A stretch of DNA of 64,000 bases, taken from the NCBI GenBank assembly GCA_038087875.1, contig CM075991.1, forward strand, positions 7,132,001-7,196,000, read 5' to 3'. This DNA comes from Malacoraja senta. Its lineage: Eukaryota. The notes beneath the pieces are model-generated. The model did no database searches. It was not told where the DNA came from and was given only the letters and a program-made list of their open reading frames with translations. A program made the translations under genes and the position numbers. Shown here piece by piece: positions 26,845 to 39,709 of the stretch; the first letter of the stretch is position 1, and each line of letters begins with the position of its first letter.

Positions 26845-27140
26845 TGTGGTGCAGCTGGTAGAGCTTCTGTCTCACAGCGGCAGTGACCGAGGTTCGATCT
26901 CCTGACCTTGGGTGCTGTTTGTGTGTTCGCACTTTCTCTCCCTGACCACGTGGGTTTCCCCCCACATTCCAAAGACGTGCGGGTCTGTAGGTTAATTGGC
27001 CTCTGTAAATTGCCCTTGGTATGTCGGGAGTGGACGAGTAAGCGGGATAACATATAACCAGCGTGACAATGGTCGGCGAGGACTTGATGGGCCGAAGGGC
27101 CAGTTTCCTTGCTGTATCTCTTAACGAAAACAAAACTAAA
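26845..27140 (+). mobile_element. HE1-like SINE
   Basis: B box GGTTCGATC, central domain, tail. Confidence 0.8.
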
Positions 27141-27167
27141 TAACTGAAATGGAGATGCCCGGAGATA

Positions 27168-27354
27168 GTGTAGGAAGGAACTGCAGACGCTGGTTTAGAC
27201 CGAAGATAGACACAGAATGGTGGAGTACCTCAGCGGGACAGGCAGAATCTCTGGAGATGGTCTGAAGAAGGGTCTTGACCCGAAACATCACCCATTCCTA
27301 CTCTCCAGACGTTCTGCCTGTCCCGCTGAGGTACTCCAGCATTTTGTGTCTATA
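27168..27354. repeat. Inverted pair of Penelope terminal repeats with TSD
   Basis: Flanked by CCCGGAGATA (27158-27167) and CCTGGAGATA (27355-27364). Confidence 0.85.
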
Positions 27355-27967
27355 CCTGGAGATAAGTCTGGAAATTATATGTGTCCCTACGTAGAAGGGA
27401 AGAAGCAGTTTTATTGTGAGTCTCTGGGTGGAGATATTCTATTGAATACTAAGGCCAAAACAGAATGGTGTACAGAATGGAGCACACCATGGAGGCTTTA
27501 CATGCTGCTCCCAATGCAGTAAATTAGACAATGGTGTGTAACTGAGATCCATGCCCAATATCCAAGATTCTGGCTGTTGCCATGTTTCATCCATGCATTC
27601 ACTGTAACCCACAGCAACATTCTTTCAGTTGCCTGAATGTCAATTTTAAAATGTATGCCATTTTGCGCTGAGATAGTTAAACAATTTAGGATCCTACTTT
27701 CTCTTCATTTGATAGAGATGCTCATCTCAATTTGGGGCAATCTGCAGCCACGGATTAAGAATGAAATGTCTCCAATGCTTGCAGAGAGAAAACAGTCGTG
27801 CAATGATCTGTGTGACTTTAATATCACTGCATTTGCTTTATTCAAATCTCATTACATTTTGCTTGGCGAAATGAGGCAACCGGAGGGTACATTCTAAAAG
27901 GGTACAAGAATGGAAAGGCTGGAATTACTTAGTACATATCTATTATGCAGAGTACAAAGTACTGAGT

Positions 27968-28695
27968 TGTGTAGGAAGGAATTGCAGATGCTGGTTTATA
28001 CTGAAGATAGGTTATACCGAAGATAGACATAACATGCTGGAGTAACTTAGCGAGTCAGGCAGCATCTCTGGAGAAAAGGGATGGGTGACGTTTCGGGTCA
28101 GAACCCTTCTTCAGACTCAAATTTCAGACAAATGGGAACCACCTCACTTGTAAATTTATTTGCATTTGAACACTCTTGAGACTTGGAGAAATAAAGAACT
28201 GCAGAGTGGAAGAAGGATCTCAACTTGAAACGTCACCCATTCCTTCTCTCCAGAGATGCTGCCTGTCCTGCTGAGTTACTCCAGCATTTTGTGTCTATCT
28301 AAAGAACTGCAAATGCTTGTTAATACATAAAAAGACACAAAGTGCTGGAGTAACTCAGTAGGCCAGGCAGCTTCCCTGGAAAACATGGATAGGTGATGTT
28401 TCGGGCCGAGACTGTTTTTGACAAATGTCTCCTATTCATAGTGTTTAAGAAGGAACTGCAGATGCTGGAATATCGAAGGTAGACAAAAGTGCTGGAGAAC
28501 CTCAGCGGGTGCAGCAGCATCTATGGAGCGAAGGAAATACGCAACGTTTCGGGTCGAGATCCTATTGAGTCTGAAGAAGGGTCTCGACCCGAACGTTGCC
28601 TATTTCCCGTGGCTCCATAGATGCTGCCTCACCCGCTGAGTTTCTCCAGCATTTTTGTCTACCTGCTGAGATACTCCAGCACTTTGTGTCCTATT
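27968..28695. repeat. Nested cluster of Penelope terminal repeats from two subfamilies
   Basis: TCTCTGGAG-type and TCTATGGAGCGAAGG-type arms; 28440-28663 is nested in another pair. Confidence 0.8.
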
Positions 28696-29397
28696 GTGAC
28701 TTGTAACAGTTGTCATCCCTATTCTCACTGCAGCATGGAACACTAATCAGTGGAATGAGACTAACAACACGGTTTATCAAGTTGTCTAATTGACTCTCGA
28801 GGAAGAACAATTATTGTACTTGAATTTATATATTGTCTACTCTCTACAAAGTTGCTTGATTTAGAATATTGGATAAGACATGTGTTTTAGCACTGAATTC
28901 CTGATGTGATGTATTATTAATGTTGCTTAACTCAAATTGTTGGGGTAATTCAATTTTCAAGTGTGAAAAACCCTCCTTTGATGTGAGGTGTAGACGTTAG
29001 CACCCCAGGGTGCCTCAAGGTGCCCTGCAGTCAACAAATTGATTTTTAAGTACTATCATTGATGCTATACTGGCAAATCCAGCAGTCGATATTTTTGCAT
29101 ATTGCAGTCATTACTGTCTTAATATTGAGCAATTCCATTATATTGTACGCATACAGCATAAGCTGTGTCCACTTGCTTATTCAAGTTTAAAGGAAATTAG
29201 GTAGGTGTTGCATTACATGGGAAACATCCTCCTCAGGGCCCTTGTATAGTGACACAGTTGCTAGAGTGCATCTCACAGCAAGCGTTCCTCCATCCCGGAG
29301 AGTGTACGGTGCTATCACATCAGTTTATATGTGGTCAGCTTGAATTTTCAACCCGCCTGATTCATAAACCCTGGATAGGCACAAAATGCTGGAGTAA

Positions 29398-29726
29398 AGC
29401 CCCTGTCCCACTTTCCCGAGTTACTCACGAACTCTCCCGAGTTTTCCCCTTGATTCAAACTCGGAGAATTTCGGTAATAGCCATTCGTAGGTACTCGGGG
29501 CTATTTCTTTTACTCGTGGACATTTTTCAACATGTTGAAAAAACGTCCCGACTTACCTGATGCCCCGAGTTCCTACGGCTGGCATTACGAGCCACTACGA
29601 AACATCTACGGACTCCTACGGCCTCCTACGAGCTTGCTACCGACATTCCCCGACATTCCCCGAGTTCGAATCAAGGGGAAAAGTCGGGAGAGTTCGTGAA
29701 TAACTCGGGAAAGTGGGACAGGGTCT
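29398..29726. mobile_element. PIF/Harbinger-like MITE, 329 bp, inserted in a Penelope repeat
   Basis: Long TIR starting AG(C/A)CCCTGTCCCACTTTCCCGAGTTA; splits GGAG-TAA-CTCAGC. Confidence 0.87.
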
Positions 29727-29829
29727 TTACTCAGCGAGACGGGCAGCATCTCTGGAGAGAAGGAATGGGTGATGTTTTAGGTCGAGACCCTTCTTCAGAC
29801 TACAGGTTTATATCCTGCAGAAGTTTTTA

Positions 29830-30683
29830 GATGACTCTGCAATTGTGGGCTGCATCAGGGAGGGGAGGGAAGGTGAATACAGAGATGAAGTCAACAACTT
29901 TGTTGAGTGGTGTGAGCTGAATCACCTGCAGCTCAACACCAACAAGACTAAGGAGTTGATGGTGGACTTTGGGATGAGAGGAACACCCCTGTCTCCATCA
30001 ATGGTGTGGATGTGCAGTTAACCAGGGAGTACAAATACTTTGGAGTGTACCTGGACAGTAAACTGGACTGGTCCAGGAACGCTGAGGCCCTGTACAAGAA
30101 GGGACAGAGCCACCTGCACTTTCTGAGGAGGCTCCGCTCTTTCAATGCCTACAGTAAGATGCTGCAGATGTTCTACCGATCGCTGGTGGCCAGTGCCATC
30201 TTCTTCACTGCCGTGTGCTGGGGCAGCATTGTGAAGGTTGCGGATGCCAAGAGGATCAACAAACTCATCAGGAAAGGCTGGCTCCGTCCTGGTGGGCAGA
30301 GTTGGATTCATGAGAGGTGGGTCTTGGAGGTGAGGATGCTCCTCAAACTGCAGAGCATCCTGGACAATACAGTTCACCCCCTCCATGACACACTGGTCAA
30401 CCTGAGGAGCACCTTCAACAAAAGACTAGTTCCACCAAGATGCAGCACACAACGCCACAGGAGATCCTTCTTCAAAGTGGCTATCAAACTGTACAACTCC
30501 TCCCCTTCTATCATGGGGTAGACTGTCTGACACCACCCCCCCCCCACCCCTCCAATCTTTGCACATCCCCCAAAGCTTTCCACTCGTCACTTTTATTTCA
30601 TGTTTCATGTATTTTGTGTTTTTAATGACTGTTGGCAAATCAATTTCCCTCGTGGGATAAATCTAGTTCTATCGTATCGTATT
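29830..30683 (+). mobile_element. Rex1/Babar LINE 3' fragment
   Basis: DDSAIVG, LQLNTNKTK, YKYFGVYLDSKLDW, HFLRRLRSF, HPLH; tail CAATTTCCC..GGGATAAAT plus TATCG repeats. Confidence 0.88.
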
Positions 30684-31396
30684 GTTGCTTTACAGATTCT
30701 GATTTTAACTGTCTGTACATTGCTAACTTTTTTACTGCATTTTAATTTTCTATTGCAACATTTCATGATGAGGGAATTGTTTTTATTCGAAACCGGGTCT
30801 CTGTTGCGCTGTTAGACAACATCTCTACTGCTGCGCCACCGTGCCGCCCATGTTCCAAAGTGCTTTGTGGCTGGTGATATATTTTCGAAGTGAAGTCACC
30901 GAAAGCTGCGGAAGGTGATAAAGCAGTGACAATATTCCTGAACTCTCAAGATCCACGTTCTGAGGATTAAGCCAAATCCTGTGGCTTGGGAAAATGTTCC
31001 AAGCCCCTGTGGTCGATATACAGAGAGGCTAAACAGCAGAGTGTCTCCCAACAGGGTTAGTATGAGGGAGATTAATTTATAAATGGCAGATCGAGTTTGA
31101 AGTGGACGTGTTTCCACGAATGTCACGCATTAAGCATTCACTGTGTATCTCGGAGGACAAGCTTAATGAGGTCATTATGTTTGTGTTCTCAGTGAGCAGA
31201 CTGCTGATGTAAACCTGTGTCATATTCACCCTGAAGAAAGTTAATCCGTTCTCTGATCGCTAAGTGATAGTGTCTTCTGTGAAATATCTGATGAGCTCCT
31301 CAAATCTTGGAGGCGAAGAACCTGCAGCTGTTCTTAATCTCATTGTTCTTAATCTCTCCACATCACCGCCTATCTCTCTCATTATCCCTAACCAGT

Positions 31397-31424
31397 CTGA
31401 AGAAGGGTCTCGACCCGAAACGTC
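31397..31424 (+). ncRNA. Minimal hammerhead-ribozyme-like core in a Penelope terminal repeat (best-preserved plus-strand copy)
   Basis: CTGAAGA-A-GGGTC-TC-GACCC-GAAA-CGTC: CUGANGA box, stem II, GAAA box, palindromic ACGU in place of stem III, GUC triplet. Confidence 0.65.
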
Positions 31425-31964
31425 ACCCATTCCTTCTCTCCAGAGATGCTGCCTGTCCCGCTGAGTTACTCCAGCTTTTTGTGTCTCTCTGCAGCTGTTT
31501 TACTTTGTGTCCCACATGTGGCTTTGCCCCATTGCTGGTGTGCATCACAGTCTAGAGGTCAGCATGTGTGATCGCTCCGCTACTGGAGGCTCAGGAGCAA
31601 CCTACACATGACTTCCACACTCAGACTTCAATAGCAATTGTAGTTTATAGATACAGTTCATTCGGCTTATCAAGTCTACTCTGCCATTCAATCATGGCTG
31701 ATCTATCTTTCCCTCTCAACCCCATTCTCCTGCCTTCTCCCCATAACCTTTACCAATCAAGTATCTGTAAATCTCTGCCTTAATGCTGTGTGACTATGAT
31801 TAGACGGAGGTAACTTAAATGAGGCCTCTTAGATCTCATTCCTACAGGGGCCTCATGTGAATCCCATTTGTTAGCTGCGTTTTGACTACTTGGTGACATT
31901 TTCAGTGTGTGGTACCCATTGTAAAGCACACTTGTAGCTTTCAATACTTAGTAGCATCATCCTT

Positions 31965-32283
31965 GTTTAGTTTGGTTTAGAGATACAGTGTGGAAACAGG
32001 CCCTTTGGCCCATCGAGTCCGCGCCGACCAGCGATCCCCACACATTAACACTATCCTACACACACTAGGGACATTTTACAATTATACCAAGCCAATTAAC
32101 CTACAAACCTGTACGTCTTTGGAGTGTGGGAGGAAGGCGAAGATCTCAGAGAAAATCCATGCGGTCACGGGGAGAACGTACAAACTCCGTACAGACAGCA
32201 CCCGTAGTCAGGATCAAACCTGGGTGTCTGATGCTGTTGGCTGGTAAAGCAGCAACTCCACCGCTGTGCCACCGTGCCGCCCG
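31965..32283 (-). mobile_element. HE1-like SINE
   Basis: Matches the other copies. Confidence 0.88.
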
Positions 32284-33596
32284 AATAGTGGATTCTGCTT
32301 TGCACTTTGCACTTTGGGGCCTAGGCAATGACCTTTGAAGTTCGACATGAGCGGTTGAGGGATCCAAAGCAGATTCCTCATCTCACCTTACAAGGAGGTG
32401 CCCAACAGGTCTTGGGGGGAGGTGACCAAGCCAGCTAGATGCGTGAAGGATGCATGGTACAATGTGATAATATGTTTACCTCTTGCCAATCTGTATGTTA
32501 GACAGTGAAATGGAGAAAACTACTCTACTGGAAGAAAAACTCTGTTCAAAGCTCTGGTGTAAAGATGTAGCAAGTTCACAAGTTCAGCCTTTAGTAGGAG
32601 GATCTACCATGGGCACCGTTTGTTGCTTGAACGTTGATCCAGGTCAGGGATTAAGTTGGAATCTGCTTTCAATTTGTGTGACATGGAAGTGGAAGCCAGC
32701 ACCACTACAAGGGTCACCGCTGAGTTTATGGGAGAATTAGCCCTCATTTTTAATGACACCATAACATGTGAGCAGCCAGGAAATCGGCGAGAGACCTGAA
32801 TGACTCATTGCTGGCCAACTAGGTATTGAATAAGGAAGGGTCTCGACCCAAAACATCACCCCTTCCTTCTCACCAGTCCCTTCTCCGCTTGTCCCGCTGA
32901 GTTGCTCCAGCATTTTGTGCCTATCTTGACTTGATTTGCCAACATGATTTGCTCTGAAGGTATAGAATCAGCCCCAATACCCTTCACATTACATCAAGCA
33001 GCGTTACAGGTGCAATTCACCTTAAGATTCAGCAGTTCTTTTGCCGCTTGCTCTCGGATACATCAGTTAATTCAGAGGAAACTAAACATCAGTTGCAAAT
33101 GTCAGAAAATGGAAGCTATTCCTTCAAATGCCCCGGAGCACAACTGGAAAATGTCTTCCTCTTGTTCAGCACCTGCCCACAACATTGCTCCCAGAGCAAA
33201 AGCCAAAGATACTTGGCTAATAAATGTTTACCTCATCATGTCCTTGGTGTAGATGCACAAACAATGAGTAACAGAATTGTTCATAGCCTCCAGCAATTTG
33301 CTGAAACTTTTGGATTGCTAAATTTATTGAGCCTCTGCGGATTTTGATTTGTTTTATTTTGCTTCTAGTATCCCCCTTTGATATTTTCAAGGAAAACTTC
33401 TAAAATTGTTTCATAATGTAAGAAGATTATACTGATGGTTGAGAGCACAGGACACACTCTGAGGCTTAAATGCATCCCAGGAGCTGCACAGAGCAACAAG
33501 ATGACTCACTAAAAGAAACAGGCAGTAAATGCTGGGCTTATCTCTAAATAAGATATCTGCAAAAACCCCACACAAAAACCTGATCCGATCCATAAC

Positions 33597-33845
33597 TGCT
33601 ACGGGTGCTGTTTGTACGGAGTTTGCACGTTCTCCCCATGACTGCGTGGGTTTTCCCCAGGTGCTCCAGGTTTCCTCCCACGCTCCAAAGACGTACAGGT
33701 TTGTAGGTAATTGGCCTTGGTAAAAATTGTAAATGATCACCAGTGTTTTGGATAGTGCTGGTGTACGGGGTTTGCTGGTCGGCATGGACCCGATGGGCCG
33801 AAGTGCCTGTTTCCCCGCTGTAACTCCAAACTAACTGGAACTGAA
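33597..33845 (+). mobile_element. HE1-like SINE, 5'-truncated
   Basis: Central domain and tail only. Confidence 0.8.
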
Positions 33846-34159
33846 CGCTGCACTGCGAAAGGTGCCGATCTTTGGAGGAAGTGTAGAGGCCCACTTTTTG
33901 GTTTAATAGGGACTTAATGATCTTAGCTCATTAATCAAACAACTGGGGAAATTGTCTTGTCTAACATTTGGCCCTTTGCATTAACAATGTATATTACCTC
34001 GTTATTTATCTTGAGTGCACAGAGTTTTTACCTTAGTAATAATGGATACACTTGAAAACCAAACCCTTTGGGATGTTTACACTAAATATGGGTGTAAATT
34101 GTGGGTTTGCAGTATGAGACTTGACTGACTCCAGCTCTTGACCTATGAGAGCATCTGAG

Positions 34160-34400
34160 AAGGAGGGAACTGCAGGCGCTGGTTTACACTGATGCTAAAC
34201 ACAAAATGCTGGAGTAACTCAGCGGATCAGGCAGCATCTCTGGAGAAAAGGAATAGGTGACGTTTCGGGCCGAGACCCTTCTTCACAGTGTGAAGAAGTC
34301 TCAAGTCCGAAGAAGGGTCTCAACCCGAAACGTCACCTATTTCCATTTCTCCAGAGATGCTGCCTGACCTGCTGAGTTACTCCAGCATTTTGTGTCTATC
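34160..34400. repeat. Inverted pair of Penelope terminal repeats
   Basis: 34196-34285 is the reverse complement of about 34308-34400. Confidence 0.85.
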
Positions 34401-35193
34401 TAGGAAAGTATCTCATTAATAATTAAAATCCATTGTGTTAATTTGTGATATTCAATTGTTTTTAATTCATTTGTGGGATTTAGGTATTGCTGGCAAGGCC
34501 ATGATTTATTAACCATCTGTAATTGCCATTGAGTAAAGGGTTGGTGAGACGCCTTCTTAAACTGTCGCAGATCTCGTGAAGATGCTCCCAAAGGTATATG
34601 AGCGGCGGTATATGGGACTAGGGGAGAATACGTGTTCGGCACGGACTAGAAGGGTCGAGATGGCCTGTTTCCGTGCTGTAAATTGTTATATGGTTATATG
34701 GGTTAGACGATGACGTTTTGACCCGGTGAAGGTAAAGGATGAAGGATATATTTCTCAGTCCGAATGATTTGGAGAGGAACCTGTAGGGGTCACCATATAG
34801 CTGCTTCCGTCAGTTGTTGGCGGTTAAAGCCATGGGTGTGTGCTGTGCACTGAAGTAGCCTGGGTGAGTAACAACAGTGGATTTCATAGGTGGAGTTAAG
34901 TGATACAGCGTGGAAACATCTCAACGTGAGGGCTAATCAAATGCCGCAAATGAGGACTAACACTGGATTTTAAATATAAATGAGATGCTCTTGTAGGTCA
35001 AAAGCTGGTGTTAGTCAAGTTTCATACTGCAAACCCACACTCAGAAACATCTCAAATGAAATTTACACTGATATAGTGTAAACATCTCAAATGACTTGGA
35101 TTTCTAGTGTATCCATTATTACTGAGGCAATAACTCTGGCTCTTCAGCCCACTGAGTTCACACCAACCATTAATCACTCCTGTAGAACTCCTG

Positions 35194-35538
35194 TTTAGAG
35201 ATGCAGCGTGGAAACAGGCCCTTTAGCCCACCGAGTCCGCACTAACATGATCACCCATACACGTGTTTGGCGTAGACTCGGTGGGCCAAAGGGCCTGTTT
35301 CCATGCTGCATCTCTCAACTAAACTAAAGGAGTGCTTAATAGTTGATGGAAACTCAGTCCTACGAACTAGAGACATTTTACAGAGGACAATTAACCCCCA
35401 AATCCACACGTCTTTGGAATATCGGAGAAAACCCATCCAGTCTCAGGGTGAACATGCAAACTCCGTACAGAATAGACAGAATTGAACCCGGGTCCCTGGT
35501 GCTTTAAGGCAGCAACTCTACCGCTGCACCACTGTGCC
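35194..35538 (-). mobile_element. HE1-like SINE with an internal inverted copy of its own tail
   Basis: 35196-35237 is inverted at 35275-35315. Confidence 0.8.
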
Positions 35539-36113
35539 TCTATTAATTTACTGTAATTTACTCTAATTCTGCACAAATCCTATATCATTCTCGCACATTC
35601 CTACCATGCAACTGCTGTCTATCAGTGGTGGAGGGCATGAATGTTTATTTGGTTGTTCGGGTGCCAATGGACAGCTTTGTTTTTGAAATATTGACCTTCT
35701 CGAGAGCTGATAGTACCAGTGAGAGGAGAGTATTCCTTCACATTCTGGCTTATGGATAGAGGGAGGCCTTGCGGTGTCAGGAGGTCATTTGCCATTGGAT
35801 ACCCAGCCTCTAGTCTGCTTCTAAGGCTATGGTACTCACAAAATGTGGCTTTTTCTGAAGAAGTGTCTCAACCCAAAATGTCACCTATTCCTTCTCTCCA
35901 GAAATGCTGTCTGTCCCGCTGAGTTGCTCCAACATTTAGTGGCTATCTACAATTTAAACCAGCATCTGCAGTTCCTTCCTACACTCTAAGGCCATGGTAT
36001 TGGATTTGTAAATAGGAATTTGAACTAATCTCTTCGGGTTTCTTATGGGTACATTGGTTAAAATTACCTTCTTAGGTTTCACAATCCATGGATCCAACTT
36101 TATTTAGGTAAAA

Positions 36114-36409
36114 TGTGTAGGATGGAACTGCAGATGCTGATTTACACCAAAGATAGACACAAAACGCTGGACTAACTCAATAGATCAGGCAGCATGTTTA
36201 AGAAGGAACTGCAGATGCTGGAAAATCGAAGGTAGACAAAAATGCTGGAGTAACTCAGCGAGTCAAGCAGCATCTCTGGAAATAAGGAATAGGTGACCCA
36301 TTGGTCAAGACGAGTCTGAAGAAGGGTCTTGACCCGAAACATCACCTATTCCTTTTCTCCAGAGATGCTGCCTGACCCGCTGAGTTACTCCAGCATTTTA
36401 CGTCCATCT
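36114..36409. repeat. Inverted or nested Penelope terminal repeats with TSD
   Basis: TTTATTTAGGTA at 36099-36110 and 36410-36421. Confidence 0.85.
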
Positions 36410-38825
36410 TTTATTTAGGTATAGATGTGTGGGTGTGAAGAGACGATTGTGGCTTATCAGCCTGGTGATAAAGTTCAACAAAGTATTCGACCACAGGCTT
36501 ATTCATGAAGTTTAGCGCTGTAACATATTTGGAATCCTGGAGACGCGATTGATTGTAATGTGAGAGTTCATTAAACGATCAATCTTTGCTGAAGCCAAGC
36601 TTTGTAGTGTAGCTACGTCCGATACTGGAGAGCATCACTTGCATCCTTCAACCACTCTTTCCACAAAAAGAACTATCCAGCTATTCAACTATCTTGAGTT
36701 TGCTGACTATCTATCTCCCAGTGTGTACCTGAGTCATTTGTCCACACAGGTACCAACCCAGAATGAGGTTAAATTTGATTTGCCAGCTCACCGTTGCTCA
36801 TCCGAGTTTGATTTCTCCGTGTCCCTTTATCCCTGCGGCAGTATCGAGCAGTGTTTCTTTTAACAAAGTAATCTGCGGGAGAGTGATAGGGAAAATATAA
36901 AAATGAAAAACAACTGCAGCGTTTTGAATGAGACAAAATTGATAGTCAATAAGCTGGGAAGAGAATGGGTATCAGAATGCAGCACGGATGTGCAATGGTC
37001 TCGTCTGAAGTGCAGGCAAAATTGAGAAATTGATAAGCTGACAGCAAAATATTGGAATAAATCCTCATTTCTTATGATTTTGCTTTAGTGACAGACAGCC
37101 TTATCAAAGTCATTGTTTCCAACATTCTGTTTAAATGCAAATTACATTGTTGAAGTGTCTGGTTTGATTTCTGCAGTGGGGCTTCATTCTGTCCGTGAAG
37201 GGAAAATAGCTACTACAGCTCCGTAGACTGACTGGAGGAATCAAACCTGACTGGTTAATCTGCATTAGAGTGAACAGTGATACAGTCTGCGGTGAATTCA
37301 AAAATCAACCAACACAAAGTCTGTGACTGTAGGCAATACTCAAACCTTAAATGAATTTTTCACTTCACGGTCTGTAGTATGATTTAAAATACCATCATTC
37401 AAAAAAGATGTTACTAGCAAAAGAGATTAACCGCAGCACCATTTGAAGCAGATGAGACTCATGAATATAATCGAGCGTCTTACCTGAAGATTTATTTTCC
37501 TTCCAGAGTAAATGACAAACCTCATTTCTGTCCAATCTGAAGTGCCAGAAATGCCTTTTTAGTTTACCTGATAGCAATGGTTTTATATGTCAAACTGGAA
37601 ATATCTTTCCATAGCAGCTTGTCCTTTCTAATCTCTCCTTCCTCCCTCCTGATTTCTCCTTTTTGAGTGTTGTACAACACTGAACGAGATGAAAGTTGAA
37701 AGTTGCGGAACATGTTCAGAACGGCAACGAAGGCTTTCTTGAAAATGGGAAAGTACTTCATCATTCCTAGCATGATCCGGGCACCAACCTCGTTTCTCCT
37801 AAATTCACCAGAGTGGACATCTGCAACTTGTATCCGCTCCTCTGACAACATCTGTGGTTGATTTGTACTTCATGCTTCATGGACATCTCCACGCTAGATT
37901 TGTATTCATGTGGATTTCAACTCCAATTGTTCCAAGGGAAATCCTTTGAAAATTGCAATGGAGAAAAGCAATTGTGTTCTTATCCTATTGGTTTTGGCTT
38001 TAAATTAAAATATTCTTTAAATTGTGAGACCCTCTGACACAACTGGTCATAGAATCATAGAGTCATACAGCACGGAAACAGGCCCTTCAGCCCACCTCGT
38101 CCATGCCGACCAAAATGATGGGGCCTCTGCTTGGAAAGATAACTGAACCAGACTGAGTGAAGAAGCTGAGGTTAGCCAACCGATTATCCTGTTGTTAGAC
38201 ACAACATGGTGGAGTAATTCAGTGGGTCGAGACACAAAATGTCAGCTATTCCTTTTCTCCAGAGATGCTGCCTGACCCGTTGATTACTCCAGCGTTTTGT
38301 GTCCATCTTCGGTGTAAACCAGCATCTACAGTTCCATCCTGCACAGATTATCCTGTTTGCCAGCTATATTCTGTGTATCTACTGCCACAAAGTATCATTC
38401 CTTCATCCTTTGTTGATCTCTAAATTGAAGTCACCATGGGCTTAACCGTAGAGTGCTGTAGTATGTCAGTGGGCTAGGCAGCATCTCTGGAGGGAATGGA
38501 TGGGTGACGTTTCAGGTTGCGACCCTTTTTCAGTCTCTGAAGAATTCTGAAATCTGAAGAAGGGTCCCGACCTACACTTCGTATATCCATTCCCACCATA
38601 AGAGAGACCCACTGAGTTACTCCAGCATGTTGTGTTTTACTCAAGGTTCCAGGATCTGCGATTTTAGTGTCAGCATTGGATTGTTTGACAGATATCATTG
38701 GCATATAGTGAGAAGTGGTCTTTACATGTTGAGAAGATGTTTTCTTAATTTCATACCATTGATCCCAAATACATGCTTGTACATTAACTGGCGACTGTAA
38801 ATGACCATCACTGTAAATAGGTTAA

Positions 38826-39162
38826 TGTTCATAAGTGATAGGAGCAGAATTAGGCCATTTGGCCCATCGTCTACCCTGCCATTCAATTATGGCTGATCTA
38901 TCTTTCCCTCTTAATCCCATTCTCCTGCCTTCTCCCCATAAGTGATAGGAGCAGAATTAGGCCATTTGGCCCATTGTCTACCCCACCATTCAATCATGGC
39001 TGATCTATCTTTCCATCTTAACCCCATTCTCTTGCCTTCTCCCCATAGCTCCTGATACCCATACTAATCAAGAATCTATCTATCTATCTCTGCCTTTAAA
39101 ATATCCCTTGACTTGGCCTTCACAGCCTTCTGTGGCAATGAATTCCACAGATTCACCACCCC
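38826..39162 (-). mobile_element. CR1 3' fragment with a ~107-bp tandem duplication of its terminus
   Basis: TAAGTGATAGGAGCAGAATTAGGCC at 38832 and 38939. Confidence 0.85.
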
Positions 39163-39709
39163 AGTAGGAGATTCAGAATGTGGGACAAATGTTGAAAGGT
39201 AAGTGAGAGGGAGTAGGTTGGAATGAGCTTGAACACCTGTGAGAGCCAGCATAACCTCAATAGGCCGAAGGGCCTCCTTCTGTGTCATCAGGAAATATGA
39301 ATAAAAAGTATCGCATCGTTAACCTGCTTTAAACAGATCATAAAATGCATTGTCAGTTAAGGTATACAACAGACTGTATGATTTGGTTGAAAGAGGCAAT
39401 AGATCACTTTGGAGATGATTAAATAGATTACGTCTTGTACTCTTCATGGAGGATAGATTCAAATTATAAGATGCATGCTGTTGTATGTAGATTGAAGTTA
39501 AGATGAAAATATGGTGTCAATGTTATCATTAAGATAATATGTAACTACAGAGTGGTATTTCTGTAATCAATACCTTATCCTCTCCATATCCTTGAAATAA
39601 AATAGTTTTGTGTACCCAGAGCAACCAACCATGGGAGATTGACAACAAACGTTATTAAGTTGCTGAAAAATCTTCTGGTGACAAAAGAAATCTTAAATAT
39701 CTGCAAGGT

